From IMG/VR virus record IMGVR_UViG_3300025849_002481, positions 1 through 64,000 of that record: a DNA stretch of 64,000 nt. The stretch is one strand, 5' to 3'. This document shows, one piece after another, positions 21,401 to 30,973 of the stretch; position 1 is the first letter of the stretch; the number at the start of each line of letters is the position of its first letter. A program made the translations under genes and the position numbers. The notes beneath the pieces are model-generated. The model searched no databases. It saw nothing but the letters and a program-made list of their open reading frames with translations, and had not been told where the DNA came from. The DNA is from a virus.

Positions 21401-21792
21401 CAATTACGTTTATTACAGGTGCAGGTCTTGTTAACTTTGGACAAAAAACTCGTGCAAGAGGATCAAGTGCATTAGATAGAATTAACGTATCACGCTTGGT
21501 TATCTATTTACGTAGTCAGTTAAATCAACTTGCTAAACCTTACATTTTTGAGCCAAATGATAAAATCACACGTGATGAAATTAAAGGTCAGGTCGAGAGC
21601 TTACTACTAGAACTTGTAGGACAAAGAGCATTATATGACTTCCTAGTTGTATGTGATGAAACAAATAATACTCCAGCAAGAGTTGATAGAAACGAACTAT
21701 ATGTAGATGTTGCTATTGAACCTGTTAAGAGTATTGAGTTTATTTACATTCCGCTACGTTTGAAAAACACTGGCGAGATAGCAGGACTTTAA
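18460..21792 (+). CDS. Tail sheath protein (gp18-like)
   Basis: MALVSPGV.V..VDES, WFAPAG.RRG, LDRINV.RL, FEPND, VVCDETNNTP..VDRNEL; SD AGGAG; TAAATA at 18416. Confidence 0.95.
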   Translation: MALVSPGVQVSVVDESFYTPAEPGTVPVIFCATAQDKTNASGSGTAPGTLAQSAGKPYLMTSQRDLAETFGDPIFQIDANNNPIHGSELNEYGLQAAYSFLGVSNRAWVVRADINLGSLEPQAAAPTADPVDGTYWLDTSSSLFGIQEWNNAAITINGGQTFTNKIPRVITKTAETEDATDDNFVVVKRPLSSIGEIGDYAVVAVTTLNTFWYRNTSGDWVQVGSDAWRDSWPTVQGTKSAAPAAGTFLINGSSVSWSAASNMTDVATGINNSVPLGYRAAVVNGKLAIFSDGTVSGSDSSLAGPVVISEQGGTTTIDALGIDAATYYPPALQISAHTSVPEFKATDTYNRPTGSIWIKTTTPNAGARWRVKQWNNNTRLWADIATPIYDTAQEALVQLDRTGGGENLSIGDLFADSNVAQDVQPLGTFKIMRRMAVGSTSIRTNATVDSDFVDQAVHNFQIEATAPGDAAFSAPTTIAFTANDTGAKTAIAIASAITNAGISYVSAEVDSENRVIIKHAKGGEMRLTDGQGAFACFTALGFTAYVSTDSTTTRFLMDEPGVDNSSGTLQFRASNWVPLTYTPSANAVTQASLDGTLWYSSIVDEVDIMINNGTKWVGYHNFSSDYADCDPKGPIVSATQPTKQSDSDELEEGDLWLDTSDLENYPVIYRYRKLTDKWVLIDNGDQTTENGILFGDARWGTSGANGNTKATIVDLLTADYVDFDCPDPALYPKGMMLFNTRRSGFNVKKYYTDYVDSGAQNARMSNEEQSAYGLAANGVFNRWVTESANQVDGSGSFGRKAQRKVILQAMQSVINDNDEIRDDESRIFNLISSPGYPELIGEMVTLNYDRGLTGFVVGDSPARLLPNATSLNNWATNARLAVEDNDDGLVTRDEYLGLFYPWGFTSDNVGNNVVVPPSHMMLRTIALSDQVSYPWFAPAGTRRGGVTNASSTGYISSEGEFVSVALNEGQRDTLYAQGVNPITFITGAGLVNFGQKTRARGSSALDRINVSRLVIYLRSQLNQLAKPYIFEPNDKITRDEIKGQVESLLLELVGQRALYDFLVVCDETNNTPARVDRNELYVDVAIEPVKSIEFIYIPLRLKNTGEIAGL

Positions 21793-21829
21793 TATGATAA
21801 ATACATATAACAATTTAGGAGCAAAGTAA

Positions 21830-22456
21830 ATGGCAATTTCAACACTATCAAAAATTACAGTACCGTTAGCTAGTGGAGATTCCGCTAGTAACCAGGGCTT
21901 GTTGATGCCAAAGCTACAGTATCGCTTTAGAGTGTCACTGGAAAACTTTGGTGTGTCAACACCGACAACAGAACTTACTAAACAAGTAATAGACATTACT
22001 CGTCCAACGGTTGCTTTTGAACCGATGGAAATACATGCATACAATTCAAAAGCATACTTAGCAGGTAAGCACACATGGTCACCGATAACACTTAACTTAC
22101 GTGAAGACGTAAATAATGCTGTACAAAAGCTAGTAGGCGAACAATTGCAGAAACAATTTGACTTCTACGAGCAATCAAGTGCAGCAAGTGGACAAGATTA
22201 CAAGTTTACAACAAGACTTGAAATCTTAGACGGTGGTAATGGAGTACATACACCAAACGTACTGGAAACATTTGAACTATACGGATGTTTTGTTACTAAC
22301 GCTAACTATAATACATTAGCATATAGTAACAACGAACCAGTAACTGTTACATTAGAGATTCAATACGACAACGCAATCCAAACACCTACAGATACAGGTA
22401 TTGGTACATCAGTTGGACGTACACTAGGATCGCTAATTACAGGCGGCGGCGCTTAA
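21830..22456 (+). CDS. Tail tube protein (gp19-like)
   Basis: PKLQYRFRV, YLAGKHTW, LYGCF, IQYDNA; follows the sheath gene; TAAATA at 21798. Confidence 0.9.
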   Translation: MAISTLSKITVPLASGDSASNQGLLMPKLQYRFRVSLENFGVSTPTTELTKQVIDITRPTVAFEPMEIHAYNSKAYLAGKHTWSPITLNLREDVNNAVQKLVGEQLQKQFDFYEQSSAASGQDYKFTTRLEILDGGNGVHTPNVLETFELYGCFVTNANYNTLAYSNNEPVTVTLEIQYDNAIQTPTDTGIGTSVGRTLGSLITGGGA

Positions 22457-22479
22457 TACAATTTACTATACAATAGTTT

Positions 22480-22507
22480 AAAAAGGGGACTTTATGTTCC
22501 CTTTTTT
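22480..22507 (+). terminator. Rho-independent terminator
   Basis: AAAAAGGGGAC-TTTAT-GTTCCC-T6. Confidence 0.8.
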
Positions 22508-22545
22508 ATTATCTGCGTACATAATCTTTATTGATAAATATTAGT

Positions 22546-23856
22546 ATGGCACTTACTTCGAATGGATTTTTAGATAATTTAGTAAATGGGATATTAGGTC
22601 CCAAAGGCAACATGGCCGACTGGTCACATGCTAGTAGACTTTATGTTGACGGTAATTTAAAACTTGCTCCTAAGAGCAAATTTTTATATCATACATATTT
22701 TCAATTAGACAAAGTTGCAACATCTGTACTTCCTGAATTAGAAAATCATAAATTAGAAATAGGCATGCTCGTTAAAAATGCAGAGTTGCCAAAATATACA
22801 TCTGTTGTTGAAACACGTAACAAATATAACAGAAAGAAAAATGTACAAACAGGAATACAATACGAGCCTATTACAATTACATTCCATGATGATAATTATG
22901 GTGTAACTACAGCATTATTAGAAGCATATTATAGATATTATTTTGCTGACGGCGGTTATGGACGTTTACCTGGAGCTTTTAATAAAGCTGGCACAGGCGA
23001 TAACACATACAAAGGCTCAGGGCGTAACCAATTTAAATATGGTTTAGATAATAATATTACTGTACCGTTTTTTAAAAACATACAAATTAGTCAACTAGCT
23101 AAACGTACATACACTACATATACACTAGTAAATCCTATTATTACAAACTGGCAACACGATCAAGTTGATAATAGTGATGCTTCAACGCCTATGCAAAACA
23201 CAATAACTGTTGCATACGAAGCTGTACATTATTCAAGAGGCCCGAGTGATAATAACAATCCTGATCAACCAGGACCAGTAGGATTTGGATCAACTGAACA
23301 TTATGATAAACAGCCATCACCTATATCTTTATTAGGTGGCGGCACGTTAGGTCTAGACGGAGTATTTGGAGCCGGCACAGACTTATACGATTACATATCT
23401 AAAGGCACAGGATTTAAAAGTCCTTTAGAAGCAGGACTGGCAGCGTTCCAGTTAATAAGAGGACTTGAAAACTTAACATCAGACGGTGTAAGAGAAGAAG
23501 TAAATAATTTGTTAAACGACACATTGGGTGATATAGGAAATGTAAATGTTAGTGGAGTAGCTAACACAGTGATACCTAAGAATAACGGACAAGGTGGAAG
23601 TAATGATACAACACAAGCTTCAAGTATAACTACAATAGGGCCTTCAACAACAGCTAATCCAATTGGCTCAACTACAAAACAATTACTTCAAGATAATCCA
23701 CTTGCACTTGAAGATGCAGCAAAAAGTGTATATAAGAGTGATTACTTAACTTCCGGAGGCACTGGCGGTGTGAACGGAATTAATACATCTTGGGATTCAT
23801 TACCCGAAGGAACTAAAGAACTTTACAGAGAAAAGGCATTAGATATAACATTATGA
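22546..23856 (+). CDS. Tail-tube-like baseplate protein (gp54/gp48-like)
   Basis: ELPKY....NKYNRK, YEPITITFHDD, LVNPIIT, ITVAYEAV tube-fold motifs. ATG 5 nt after TAAATA. Confidence 0.65.
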   Translation: MALTSNGFLDNLVNGILGPKGNMADWSHASRLYVDGNLKLAPKSKFLYHTYFQLDKVATSVLPELENHKLEIGMLVKNAELPKYTSVVETRNKYNRKKNVQTGIQYEPITITFHDDNYGVTTALLEAYYRYYFADGGYGRLPGAFNKAGTGDNTYKGSGRNQFKYGLDNNITVPFFKNIQISQLAKRTYTTYTLVNPIITNWQHDQVDNSDASTPMQNTITVAYEAVHYSRGPSDNNNPDQPGPVGFGSTEHYDKQPSPISLLGGGTLGLDGVFGAGTDLYDYISKGTGFKSPLEAGLAAFQLIRGLENLTSDGVREEVNNLLNDTLGDIGNVNVSGVANTVIPKNNGQGGSNDTTQASSITTIGPSTTANPIGSTTKQLLQDNPLALEDAAKSVYKSDYLTSGGTGGVNGINTSWDSLPEGTKELYREKALDITL

Positions 23857-24323
23857 ATAATGGATTACCAATAAAAAGTGTTTCAAAGAAAAGTGATGAA
23901 GATACACGACTATTTTTTGACAAATATCTTACTAGGACAATAAACTTTAATGATAATGATTTAAATTCAGTAGTTGGGTTTTTTGAGAAAAAAGGATTTG
24001 ATAAAGCTAGTGCAATATCTGTAGGACTTGTATTGTTACAACAAGCTAAATTAGATAATGTAAAAATTTTTAAATTACTTGATACATTATCAGGATATGA
24101 AGAATTGCAACTAAGTGCTATTGTAGCCGAAGTCCTTAACTACAATCGAAAGCGTACTAGTGCTATAGGTTTTAAAAAACAAAACGTAGATAATAGATTA
24201 GAAAAAAGAAATATAATTGAAGGTTCGCCAGCAAATATTATAATAAATAGCGAAGTTGAGAATAACTTTAGTGCAACTGGATTTACATTTGATTCTGAAA
24301 CAAGAACCTGGGATGGAGCATAA
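23853..24323 (+). CDS. Hypothetical protein in the structural operon
   Basis: ATGA-coupled ORF. Confidence 0.55.
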   Translation: MNNGLPIKSVSKKSDEDTRLFFDKYLTRTINFNDNDLNSVVGFFEKKGFDKASAISVGLVLLQQAKLDNVKIFKLLDTLSGYEELQLSAIVAEVLNYNRKRTSAIGFKKQNVDNRLEKRNIIEGSPANIIINSEVENNFSATGFTFDSETRTWDGA

Positions 24324-24326
24324 CAC

Positions 24327-25751
24327 ATGGCAAAACAAATAATTAATAGAGGATCTAATGCAAACGACGGCACCGGCGATAGTTTGCGTGACGGTGCTGA
24401 TAAACTTAACACTAACTTTTCAGAAATTTATAGTGTATTAGGTGACGGCAATAATCTACTTACTACTGATATAGACTTTGGAACTAATAAGCTATTACAT
24501 TCTAATATGGTATCAGGATTAAATGATTTAGTTGGAATTGATCCTACAAGGTATCATGGACTAGTTATGCATGTACATGAAACAGGTGGATTATATTATG
24601 CACATAGTGGAGCATGGAGAAAGCTGTTAACTGATGCTTCTAGTAGTGTAGCTAACTATACTGACTCGTTAGATACTGTTGCTTATTCAGGAAATTATAA
24701 TGATTTAAATAGCCGTCCAACAATACCTAGTGTATTAACAGATGTAGGAATTACAGATGGTAGTGCAGGACAAGTATTAAGTACAGATGGAACTGGAAAT
24801 TTTGTATTTAGAGATGTTGTAGCAACTAGTATTGCATTTTCTAATGTAACTGATAAACCAACAACACTTGCTGGTTACGGAATTACAGATTCCTTTACTG
24901 GGCGTTATCAAGATTTAACAAACTTACCAACATTGTTTGACGGAGTATATAGTAGCTTAACTAGCAGACCAACTATACCAACAGATATAGACGATTTAAC
25001 AGATAATGAAAATGCATTATTTGATGGAGAATATAATAGCTTAAATAATCGACCTATAATACCGGAAGATGTTAGCGATTTAACAGATACTACTAACTTA
25101 CTTTTTAGTAGAAGTTATGCTGACTTAACTAACAAACCTACATCATTTGCATTGCTGTCAACACTACAAATGGCACTTGGTATTGAAGTTGATGAATTTA
25201 GTAATGATTCTGGTTTAACAGATAATAGTGAAACAGCATTAGTTACTGAAAGAGCTGTTAAAACCTATGTTGATACAAATGCACCTAGCACTTTAACAGA
25301 TATAGGGATTACAGACGGTAGTGCAGGACAAGTGTTAACTACAAACGGCGCTGGTGTATTTACATTCCAAGCTGCAGGCGATACTATTGGTAACTTTACA
25401 CTTTCAAATAGTATTATTGATACAGATGATTCTAGTCCAATTAGTATTACTCCGTCAGTGTATGCTAGAAGTGATCTTTTTGTTGAAAACGACTTAGAGG
25501 TGTCAAACAACTTAGTTGTAAACGGAGATATTGTTACTGCATCAGCAGGTACTCCAGAACTAGTTAGCGACTCGAGTATTTCCTTAACTGCAACCGACAG
25601 GGTAGAAATAACACAGAGTCCGTTGAAGATGGCAAGTTTTACAACTACAGAGAGAAACTTGCTTAGTGCAGAAAACGGCGATATAATTTACAATACAACA
25701 GACAATAAATTCCAAGGTTACGAAAACGGTTCTTGGGCAAACTTAATTTAA
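24327..25751 (+). CDS. Baseplate wedge / short fibre protein (gp9/gp10-like N-terminus)
   Basis: MAKQIIN.G..ANDGTGDSLR....K.N.NF.EIY N-terminus; repeated YxDLxxxP; duplicated GSAGQVL.T.G.G.F.F. Confidence 0.75.
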   Translation: MAKQIINRGSNANDGTGDSLRDGADKLNTNFSEIYSVLGDGNNLLTTDIDFGTNKLLHSNMVSGLNDLVGIDPTRYHGLVMHVHETGGLYYAHSGAWRKLLTDASSSVANYTDSLDTVAYSGNYNDLNSRPTIPSVLTDVGITDGSAGQVLSTDGTGNFVFRDVVATSIAFSNVTDKPTTLAGYGITDSFTGRYQDLTNLPTLFDGVYSSLTSRPTIPTDIDDLTDNENALFDGEYNSLNNRPIIPEDVSDLTDTTNLLFSRSYADLTNKPTSFALLSTLQMALGIEVDEFSNDSGLTDNSETALVTERAVKTYVDTNAPSTLTDIGITDGSAGQVLTTNGAGVFTFQAAGDTIGNFTLSNSIIDTDDSSPISITPSVYARSDLFVENDLEVSNNLVVNGDIVTASAGTPELVSDSSISLTATDRVEITQSPLKMASFTTTERNLLSAENGDIIYNTTDNKFQGYENGSWANLI

Positions 25752-25760
25752 GGATAGATT

Positions 25761-27797
25761 ATGGCTGAAAAGTATTATCAACTAGGTACACATACTGCAG
25801 AACAATGGCACGAAGTACACAACGAACTAGCAGTAGAAACAAGCGGATTATCAACAGTACCTGACAGATGTGTGCAATGCCATGACGAAAAACTACACAG
25901 TCCTACACGCGGCACTTTTTTACTTACAGATGAAGAGGCAGACACTCTTCGCGCAGATCCAAGAATAAAATTCCTCAATATTGATTATATGAGCTATCCT
26001 GAAACATATAAGGCTCCGCCAGATGAAATTCAAGCAACTCCAGCAAAGTTGTTTAATCGATGGAATGATACTGTAAAAGTCTATAGGGAATTTGAAGTAA
26101 GCAATACCCTACCGGGTGTGCCAGGTGCAACAGACATTAATCGTACTGGGTATCAATTGTTACGCCCTATGCAAAAATTAGATCCTTGGGTAGACAACGG
26201 TTATACAGATAATTTTGTAGTAGAAAACGATATACAACAGTACGGTAACGGTAAGGATGTTGACGTAATTGTAGCAGACGACGGCGCTGGCTGGATAGGT
26301 CATCCTGAATTTCAAAACAACTGTTCAGGTGCTAAACCTACTGGATACACAGGCGGCAACAAACTGCCAGGCAACGGCACATGCGATGTGTTAGACCTTG
26401 TGTTAGATGCACCTTATTATCTAGATCCAGAATATTTTGATGCTGATGCAGCAAACAGACTCACAACAAGATGGGACGGTACAACGGTACCAGTCGAAAG
26501 TTTCGCAAGAGGTTGGTGGACAAGCACTAGCAACAGAAGTAGTACTTTTAATGTTGCAAATCCTAGTGCTGGTGCTGTATCGTCTATTACAAGCTCTTAC
26601 ACGCGAGCTAACTGTAACGGCAGTAACACAGCACAAAGTGCTGTAGGACAGCACTGTACGCCCTGTATGGCGCTTACATACGGTAGAACACAGGGCTGGG
26701 CATACAACGCTAACAAATGGGCACTTAACTTATATGGCACATACGGCAGTGATATTGAAAGAGGCTTTGATATACAAAAGATTTTCCATCAAACCAAACC
26801 TGTTAATATTACATACGGCACACAGGATCCTACAGTAAGTTCAAACAGTTGGGGCTATCGTGCAAGTAAAGGTGCTTTTAACGATTACTATCATTTCCGT
26901 GAAGATGCTGCTGTTCAATATAGCGGCACTGGTTCAGAACCTGAATTTATTCGTCATATGGGCCTCACAGGCGATGCTGGCCGTTGGAAAAGCGAAATGA
27001 AAACCAACTCACTTACTACAGCACTTGACGAACTTATTGATAGTGGCGTTATATTTGTATGCGCTGCTGGCAACAGTAATCAAAAACAAGTAAATTGGGG
27101 ACATCAAGACTTTGACAATTATATTAGTAATGGTGAAGCTACTACTTTAGAAAATAGTAATTATTTTGAATTTGGTGTTGCAACTACAGGTACAACAAAT
27201 AGACGTGGATTTCCACAACAAGGTGGCAAAACTGTAGACGGCATTACAGGCGAAGTTACATATAAAACTATAAACATCGGTGCATTAGACGACGACTATG
27301 CAGTTGGAAACTTGGAAAGAAAAGTAACCTACAGCGACAGAGGAGAAGGTATAGATTTTTATATGCCTGCAGACGGCACACTAGCAGCAAATAGAAGTTA
27401 TGCTTCAGAAGGTAGATATCCTGATACATATCCAGGATTTACTGCTAATAGCGGCAGTGGTGCAGGTGTTCCAGAAGATTGTGCGTTTGGAGGTACAAGT
27501 GCAGCGTGTCCTGTTGCTGCTGGTTTTATTTCTACCTTGATAGGATTAAATCGAAACTGGACCTACCAAAATGTATATGAATATCTTAATACATTAGATG
27601 TACAAGATCAATCAAACTTTTATTACGGAACTGAATCAGTAAGTGCTACTGATACTAACTGGTTTGATTATAATAGCCTAGAAGGCGGAGCAGCAAGAGT
27701 AGGCTATCAGTTTATTAGTCCTGTGGTTCTTAGAGCTAGAGTAAAAGGTAACTTTGTGTTTAAAAACGGGTTGAAATTACGATTTAAGAGCGAATAA
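25761..27797 (+). CDS. Subtilisin-like serine protease (S8)
   Basis: DVIVADDG (Asp), GQHCTPC (His), VCAAGN, FGGTSAACP (Ser). Confidence 0.8.
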   Translation: MAEKYYQLGTHTAEQWHEVHNELAVETSGLSTVPDRCVQCHDEKLHSPTRGTFLLTDEEADTLRADPRIKFLNIDYMSYPETYKAPPDEIQATPAKLFNRWNDTVKVYREFEVSNTLPGVPGATDINRTGYQLLRPMQKLDPWVDNGYTDNFVVENDIQQYGNGKDVDVIVADDGAGWIGHPEFQNNCSGAKPTGYTGGNKLPGNGTCDVLDLVLDAPYYLDPEYFDADAANRLTTRWDGTTVPVESFARGWWTSTSNRSSTFNVANPSAGAVSSITSSYTRANCNGSNTAQSAVGQHCTPCMALTYGRTQGWAYNANKWALNLYGTYGSDIERGFDIQKIFHQTKPVNITYGTQDPTVSSNSWGYRASKGAFNDYYHFREDAAVQYSGTGSEPEFIRHMGLTGDAGRWKSEMKTNSLTTALDELIDSGVIFVCAAGNSNQKQVNWGHQDFDNYISNGEATTLENSNYFEFGVATTGTTNRRGFPQQGGKTVDGITGEVTYKTINIGALDDDYAVGNLERKVTYSDRGEGIDFYMPADGTLAANRSYASEGRYPDTYPGFTANSGSGAGVPEDCAFGGTSAACPVAAGFISTLIGLNRNWTYQNVYEYLNTLDVQDQSNFYYGTESVSATDTNWFDYNSLEGGAARVGYQFISPVVLRARVKGNFVFKNGLKLRFKSE

Positions 27798-27805
27798 GAA
27801 ATAAC

Positions 27806-28243
27806 ATGGCTAGATTTGCACAAGGAAAGTTTGCAGTCAAAAACGCAGAAAAGTTTGTAGGCAATAAAACTCCTACCTATCGTAGTAGTTGGGAATTTGC
27901 ATTTATGAAATTCTGTGATGAAAATCCTAATGTAACGCAATGGGCCAGCGAAGCAATACGCATACCTTATCGAAATCCGCTAAGTGGAAAATATACAATA
28001 TATGTTCCTGATTTTTTTATTGCATATGCTGACAATTCAGGAAAACAAAAAGTTGAATTAATTGAAGTTAAACCAGCTAATCAAACAATTAAAGAAAAAT
28101 TAGGAAAAAGCAAAGCAAATCAATTACACTTTGTAGTTAATCAAGCTAAATGGCAAGCAGCTAGGGCATGGTGTAAACAAAAGGGCATTACGTTTAGAAT
28201 TATAAATGAGGGAGATATATTTCATCAAGGCCGCCGAAAATGA
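27806..28243 (+). CDS. Head completion protein (T4 gp4-like, TnsA-type nuclease fold)
   Basis: YRSSWE..FM.FCD, WASE..RIPY, YVPDF, IEVKP, NQAKW.AA. Confidence 0.88.
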   Translation: MARFAQGKFAVKNAEKFVGNKTPTYRSSWEFAFMKFCDENPNVTQWASEAIRIPYRNPLSGKYTIYVPDFFIAYADNSGKQKVELIEVKPANQTIKEKLGKSKANQLHFVVNQAKWQAARAWCKQKGITFRIINEGDIFHQGRRK

Positions 28244-28869
28244 ATATAACATTTTACGACAAAGATAATAATCCCTGGACATTTTTACATGTTCCTAAAA
28301 CCGCAGGCAAAAGTATTAGTGCTTATATCATGCGCAATGATAATAGTAAGACATTACACCCGTCTAGCCATGCAACTGTAAAAGAAATGCAATCTTTAAA
28401 TGTTAATTTAGGTACAACTTTTGCAGTATTTAGAAACCCTTATGCTAGAGCTGTAAGTTTATACAAATATTTGTATGAAGACGATATAAAAAAAGTATTA
28501 GAATCATCAATACCTTACTTCCATCAAATACCAAATACTGACTGGCACAATACTGTTATGAAAGAGCATGGAAATAATTTAAGTTTTCTATCGTTTTGTA
28601 AAAAATTACCTTGGCTTCCATTAGGTATAGAACAGCATCATTATCTACCTGTAGACAAAAGACTAAAAATGGAAACATTAGACAAGGACTTTAAGTTTAT
28701 ACAAGATTTATTAGGCACTAAAGAGCCATTGTATAAATTTAATTGTACTAACAATAAGCCTTGGAGAAGTTATTACACATCTGCTTCAAAAAAAATTATA
28801 TATCAAACATATAAAAAAGACTTTAAATTATTAGGTTATTCAAAAGATATAAATAATAGTAGCATATAA
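28240..28869 (+). CDS. Sulfotransferase family 2-like protein
   Basis: FLHVPKTAGKS (5'-PSB), RNPYARAVSLY (3'-PB), METLDKDF, Y..DF..LGY. Confidence 0.8.
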   Translation: MNITFYDKDNNPWTFLHVPKTAGKSISAYIMRNDNSKTLHPSSHATVKEMQSLNVNLGTTFAVFRNPYARAVSLYKYLYEDDIKKVLESSIPYFHQIPNTDWHNTVMKEHGNNLSFLSFCKKLPWLPLGIEQHHYLPVDKRLKMETLDKDFKFIQDLLGTKEPLYKFNCTNNKPWRSYYTSASKKIIYQTYKKDFKLLGYSKDINNSSI

Positions 28870-28881
28870 TGGATCTAACTT

Positions 28882-29385
28882 ATGACTAAAAAACTTGAAG
28901 AATTACTGAATTTGCCTGACTCTAAAGAAATTTTGGATCAAGCAAAGGAAGAAGAAAAAAAGAAGAAAAAAGAATCGGCTGTTATTGAGCAAGAAGAAAG
29001 TTTGCGAGATATAGCAGAGTTTGATAAAATAGCTAGTGCATTGCCAGCTGTAAAAGGTTTAGGCGAAATGGCCGATAAAGAATTAAACGAAGTTGCTGAA
29101 AAAGCAATGTCAGCATATGAGGATTTAATGGATCTTGGTATGAATGTTGAAAGTCGTTATAGTGGGCGTGTATTTGAAGTTGCCGGCGGCATGCTTAAAA
29201 CTAGCCTAGATGCTAAAGTTGCTAAGTTAGATAAAAAGCTAAAAATGATTGATTTACAACTTAAAAAAGAAAAACAAGATAAAGATGGCGGCGGAGAGAC
29301 TGGAATGATTGAAGGACAGGGCTATGTTGTTACTGACCGCAATAGTCTACTAGAGAAGCTCAAAGGGTTAGATAAAGATAAATAA
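28882..29385 (+). CDS. Terminase small subunit (gp16-like)
   Basis: Helical; GRVFEVAGGMLKT resembles the gp16 R.(F/Y)EV motif; lies upstream of TerL. Confidence 0.6.
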   Translation: MTKKLEELLNLPDSKEILDQAKEEEKKKKKESAVIEQEESLRDIAEFDKIASALPAVKGLGEMADKELNEVAEKAMSAYEDLMDLGMNVESRYSGRVFEVAGGMLKTSLDAKVAKLDKKLKMIDLQLKKEKQDKDGGGETGMIEGQGYVVTDRNSLLEKLKGLDKDK

Positions 29386-29406
29386 CATATAAGTAGGACA
29401 GTTAAT

Positions 29407-29904
29407 ATGAAAAAATTTAAAGACATTTTAGTAGAATCTAAAAAAACATACAAGTTCATTGTGCGCATTGCTGATGAGTTGCCTGAAGATTGTATGGAGC
29501 AAATGAAACAAGCACTTGGTAAATTTGATCTTGTAAGTTTAAGTAATGCAAAACGAACACCAATACAAGAACGTCCTTTAGATTTTCCAGAACTTCAAAA
29601 TATGCAAATACATACATTTGAAGCAGAAGTAAACTATCCAACTACTACACAAGTATTACATAATTACCTAGTAAATACTTGCAACGTTCCAGCAGGACAT
29701 ATGATTGTTAGAGCTGAAGGCGAACCATTAGAACTAACACAAGCACCAGTTAAAGAAGAGCCATACGAAGCAATACTTAACACTGAAGATATGGGCGGCG
29801 AAAGCGGCCAAGATAGCGTTGGTGAAAACAGGGTAATGGATCTACTTAAAGAACTAGAAACAGCTCGCAAAGAACGCGACTTTGCTGCAACGGAGACAAA
29901 ATAA
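29407..29904 (+). CDS. Hypothetical head-associated protein
   Basis: MKKFKDILVES N-terminus; TAAATA at 29379. Confidence 0.5.
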   Translation: MKKFKDILVESKKTYKFIVRIADELPEDCMEQMKQALGKFDLVSLSNAKRTPIQERPLDFPELQNMQIHTFEAEVNYPTTTQVLHNYLVNTCNVPAGHMIVRAEGEPLELTQAPVKEEPYEAILNTEDMGGESGQDSVGENRVMDLLKELETARKERDFAATETK

Positions 29905-30638
29905 TGGATATGAAAAAAATATTAGAAAATATGGATGCAGCAGCAGCAGGCAAAAAACCAGCAGGCGCAGCTGATGCAGGAAGTATGAAATCAATTTTAG
30001 AATCATTAAATAAAGTTACACAAGCACCAATTGAAGAATGCGGCGATAATATGATGGCATCACAAGAAATGCCAATGTCGTCAGAAGGTGGACACCCAGT
30101 AACAATAAGTGTTACAGCGTCAGGTAAAGAAAACGTAAATGATTTAATGGACTTAATTAAATTAGCAGGCGGCAATGCTGAACAGCATGTAGATATGCCA
30201 ATGGCACATGATGCGCATATTGATACTGATTCACATAATGTATCAGGACAAGAAATGGATATGGCAACTATGCGTTCTATTATGTCAGCTGGCGACGACC
30301 GTGAAGAAGCAGAAGCGGATGCTGAAGAAGAAGTTGAAGAATGGTCAAACTCTCCACTAGATTCAGAAGGTGAAGAAGAGTATAGAGATCACGAGTATAT
30401 GACAAGAGATCTAAGCGGCGGCATTAATAGAGAAAAACCAAAAGGTTCAGAGCGTGTCAAAGATCCAGCTACAGAATCGATTAAAGAAAAACTTTGGGCT
30501 GCACTAAGCGAAAAGAAAACTGTCGAGGGCAGAGGACGTGGTAAAAAGAAATTAAAAGCATCACGTGGCAATGAAGATATTAAGACAACTGAGGGCTCTA
30601 GAGGTAAAAAGAGTCGTGGCAAGAAGTCAAGAGGTTAA
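29904..30638 (+). CDS. Acidic protein with a basic RG/K C-terminal tail (putative internal head protein)
   Basis: E/D/M-rich body ending GRGRGKKK...SRGKKSRGKKSRG. Confidence 0.55.
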   Translation: MDMKKILENMDAAAAGKKPAGAADAGSMKSILESLNKVTQAPIEECGDNMMASQEMPMSSEGGHPVTISVTASGKENVNDLMDLIKLAGGNAEQHVDMPMAHDAHIDTDSHNVSGQEMDMATMRSIMSAGDDREEAEADAEEEVEEWSNSPLDSEGEEEYRDHEYMTRDLSGGINREKPKGSERVKDPATESIKEKLWAALSEKKTVEGRGRGKKKLKASRGNEDIKTTEGSRGKKSRGKKSRG

Positions 30639-30966
30639 TTGGGAAGAATATTTCCAACATATTAAACCTGTATGTCCATGGAGCGGCGCAGCTCTTAAAA
30701 AAGGCGAATTAAAAATTACACAATGGTCTGGAGAAATTGAGCCACTAGGCAACAACCAGGCCATTGTTTATATCTGTCCAAACTACAATCGTAGAAGACT
30801 AAAAAAATTACATAAAAAAATTGACAATGGTGAATACGAATGGCTATGGAGTGAACCAACTAATGGCCCTAATGCATCACCTGTACCTGTACTAATACAA
30901 CAAGATAAACGTAAGCTGTTTGATTTAAGATTCGATACAGGCTACTATGACGATATTATAGGTTAA
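30616..30966 (+). CDS. Hypothetical protein with a CPWS motif
   Basis: The ORF overlaps the upstream gene. The GTG at 30616, after GAGG, is the likeliest start, but the start is uncertain. Confidence 0.5.
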   Translation: MARSQEVNWEEYFQHIKPVCPWSGAALKKGELKITQWSGEIEPLGNNQAIVYICPNYNRRRLKKLHKKIDNGEYEWLWSEPTNGPNASPVPVLIQQDKRKLFDLRFDTGYYDDIIG

Positions 30967-30973
30967 ATACAGT

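Noticed and set aside
24731-25350. About 60-bp imperfect DNA repeat (near 24731 and 25291)
   Set aside because: Explained by the duplicated LTD.GITDGSAGQVL.T.G peptide, with mostly third-position divergence.
30628-30645. Programmed +1 frameshift at GGT-TAA joining the acidic protein to the CPWS ORF
   Set aside because: No re-pairing-compatible slippery codon, and a GTG with upstream GAGG explains initiation more simply.
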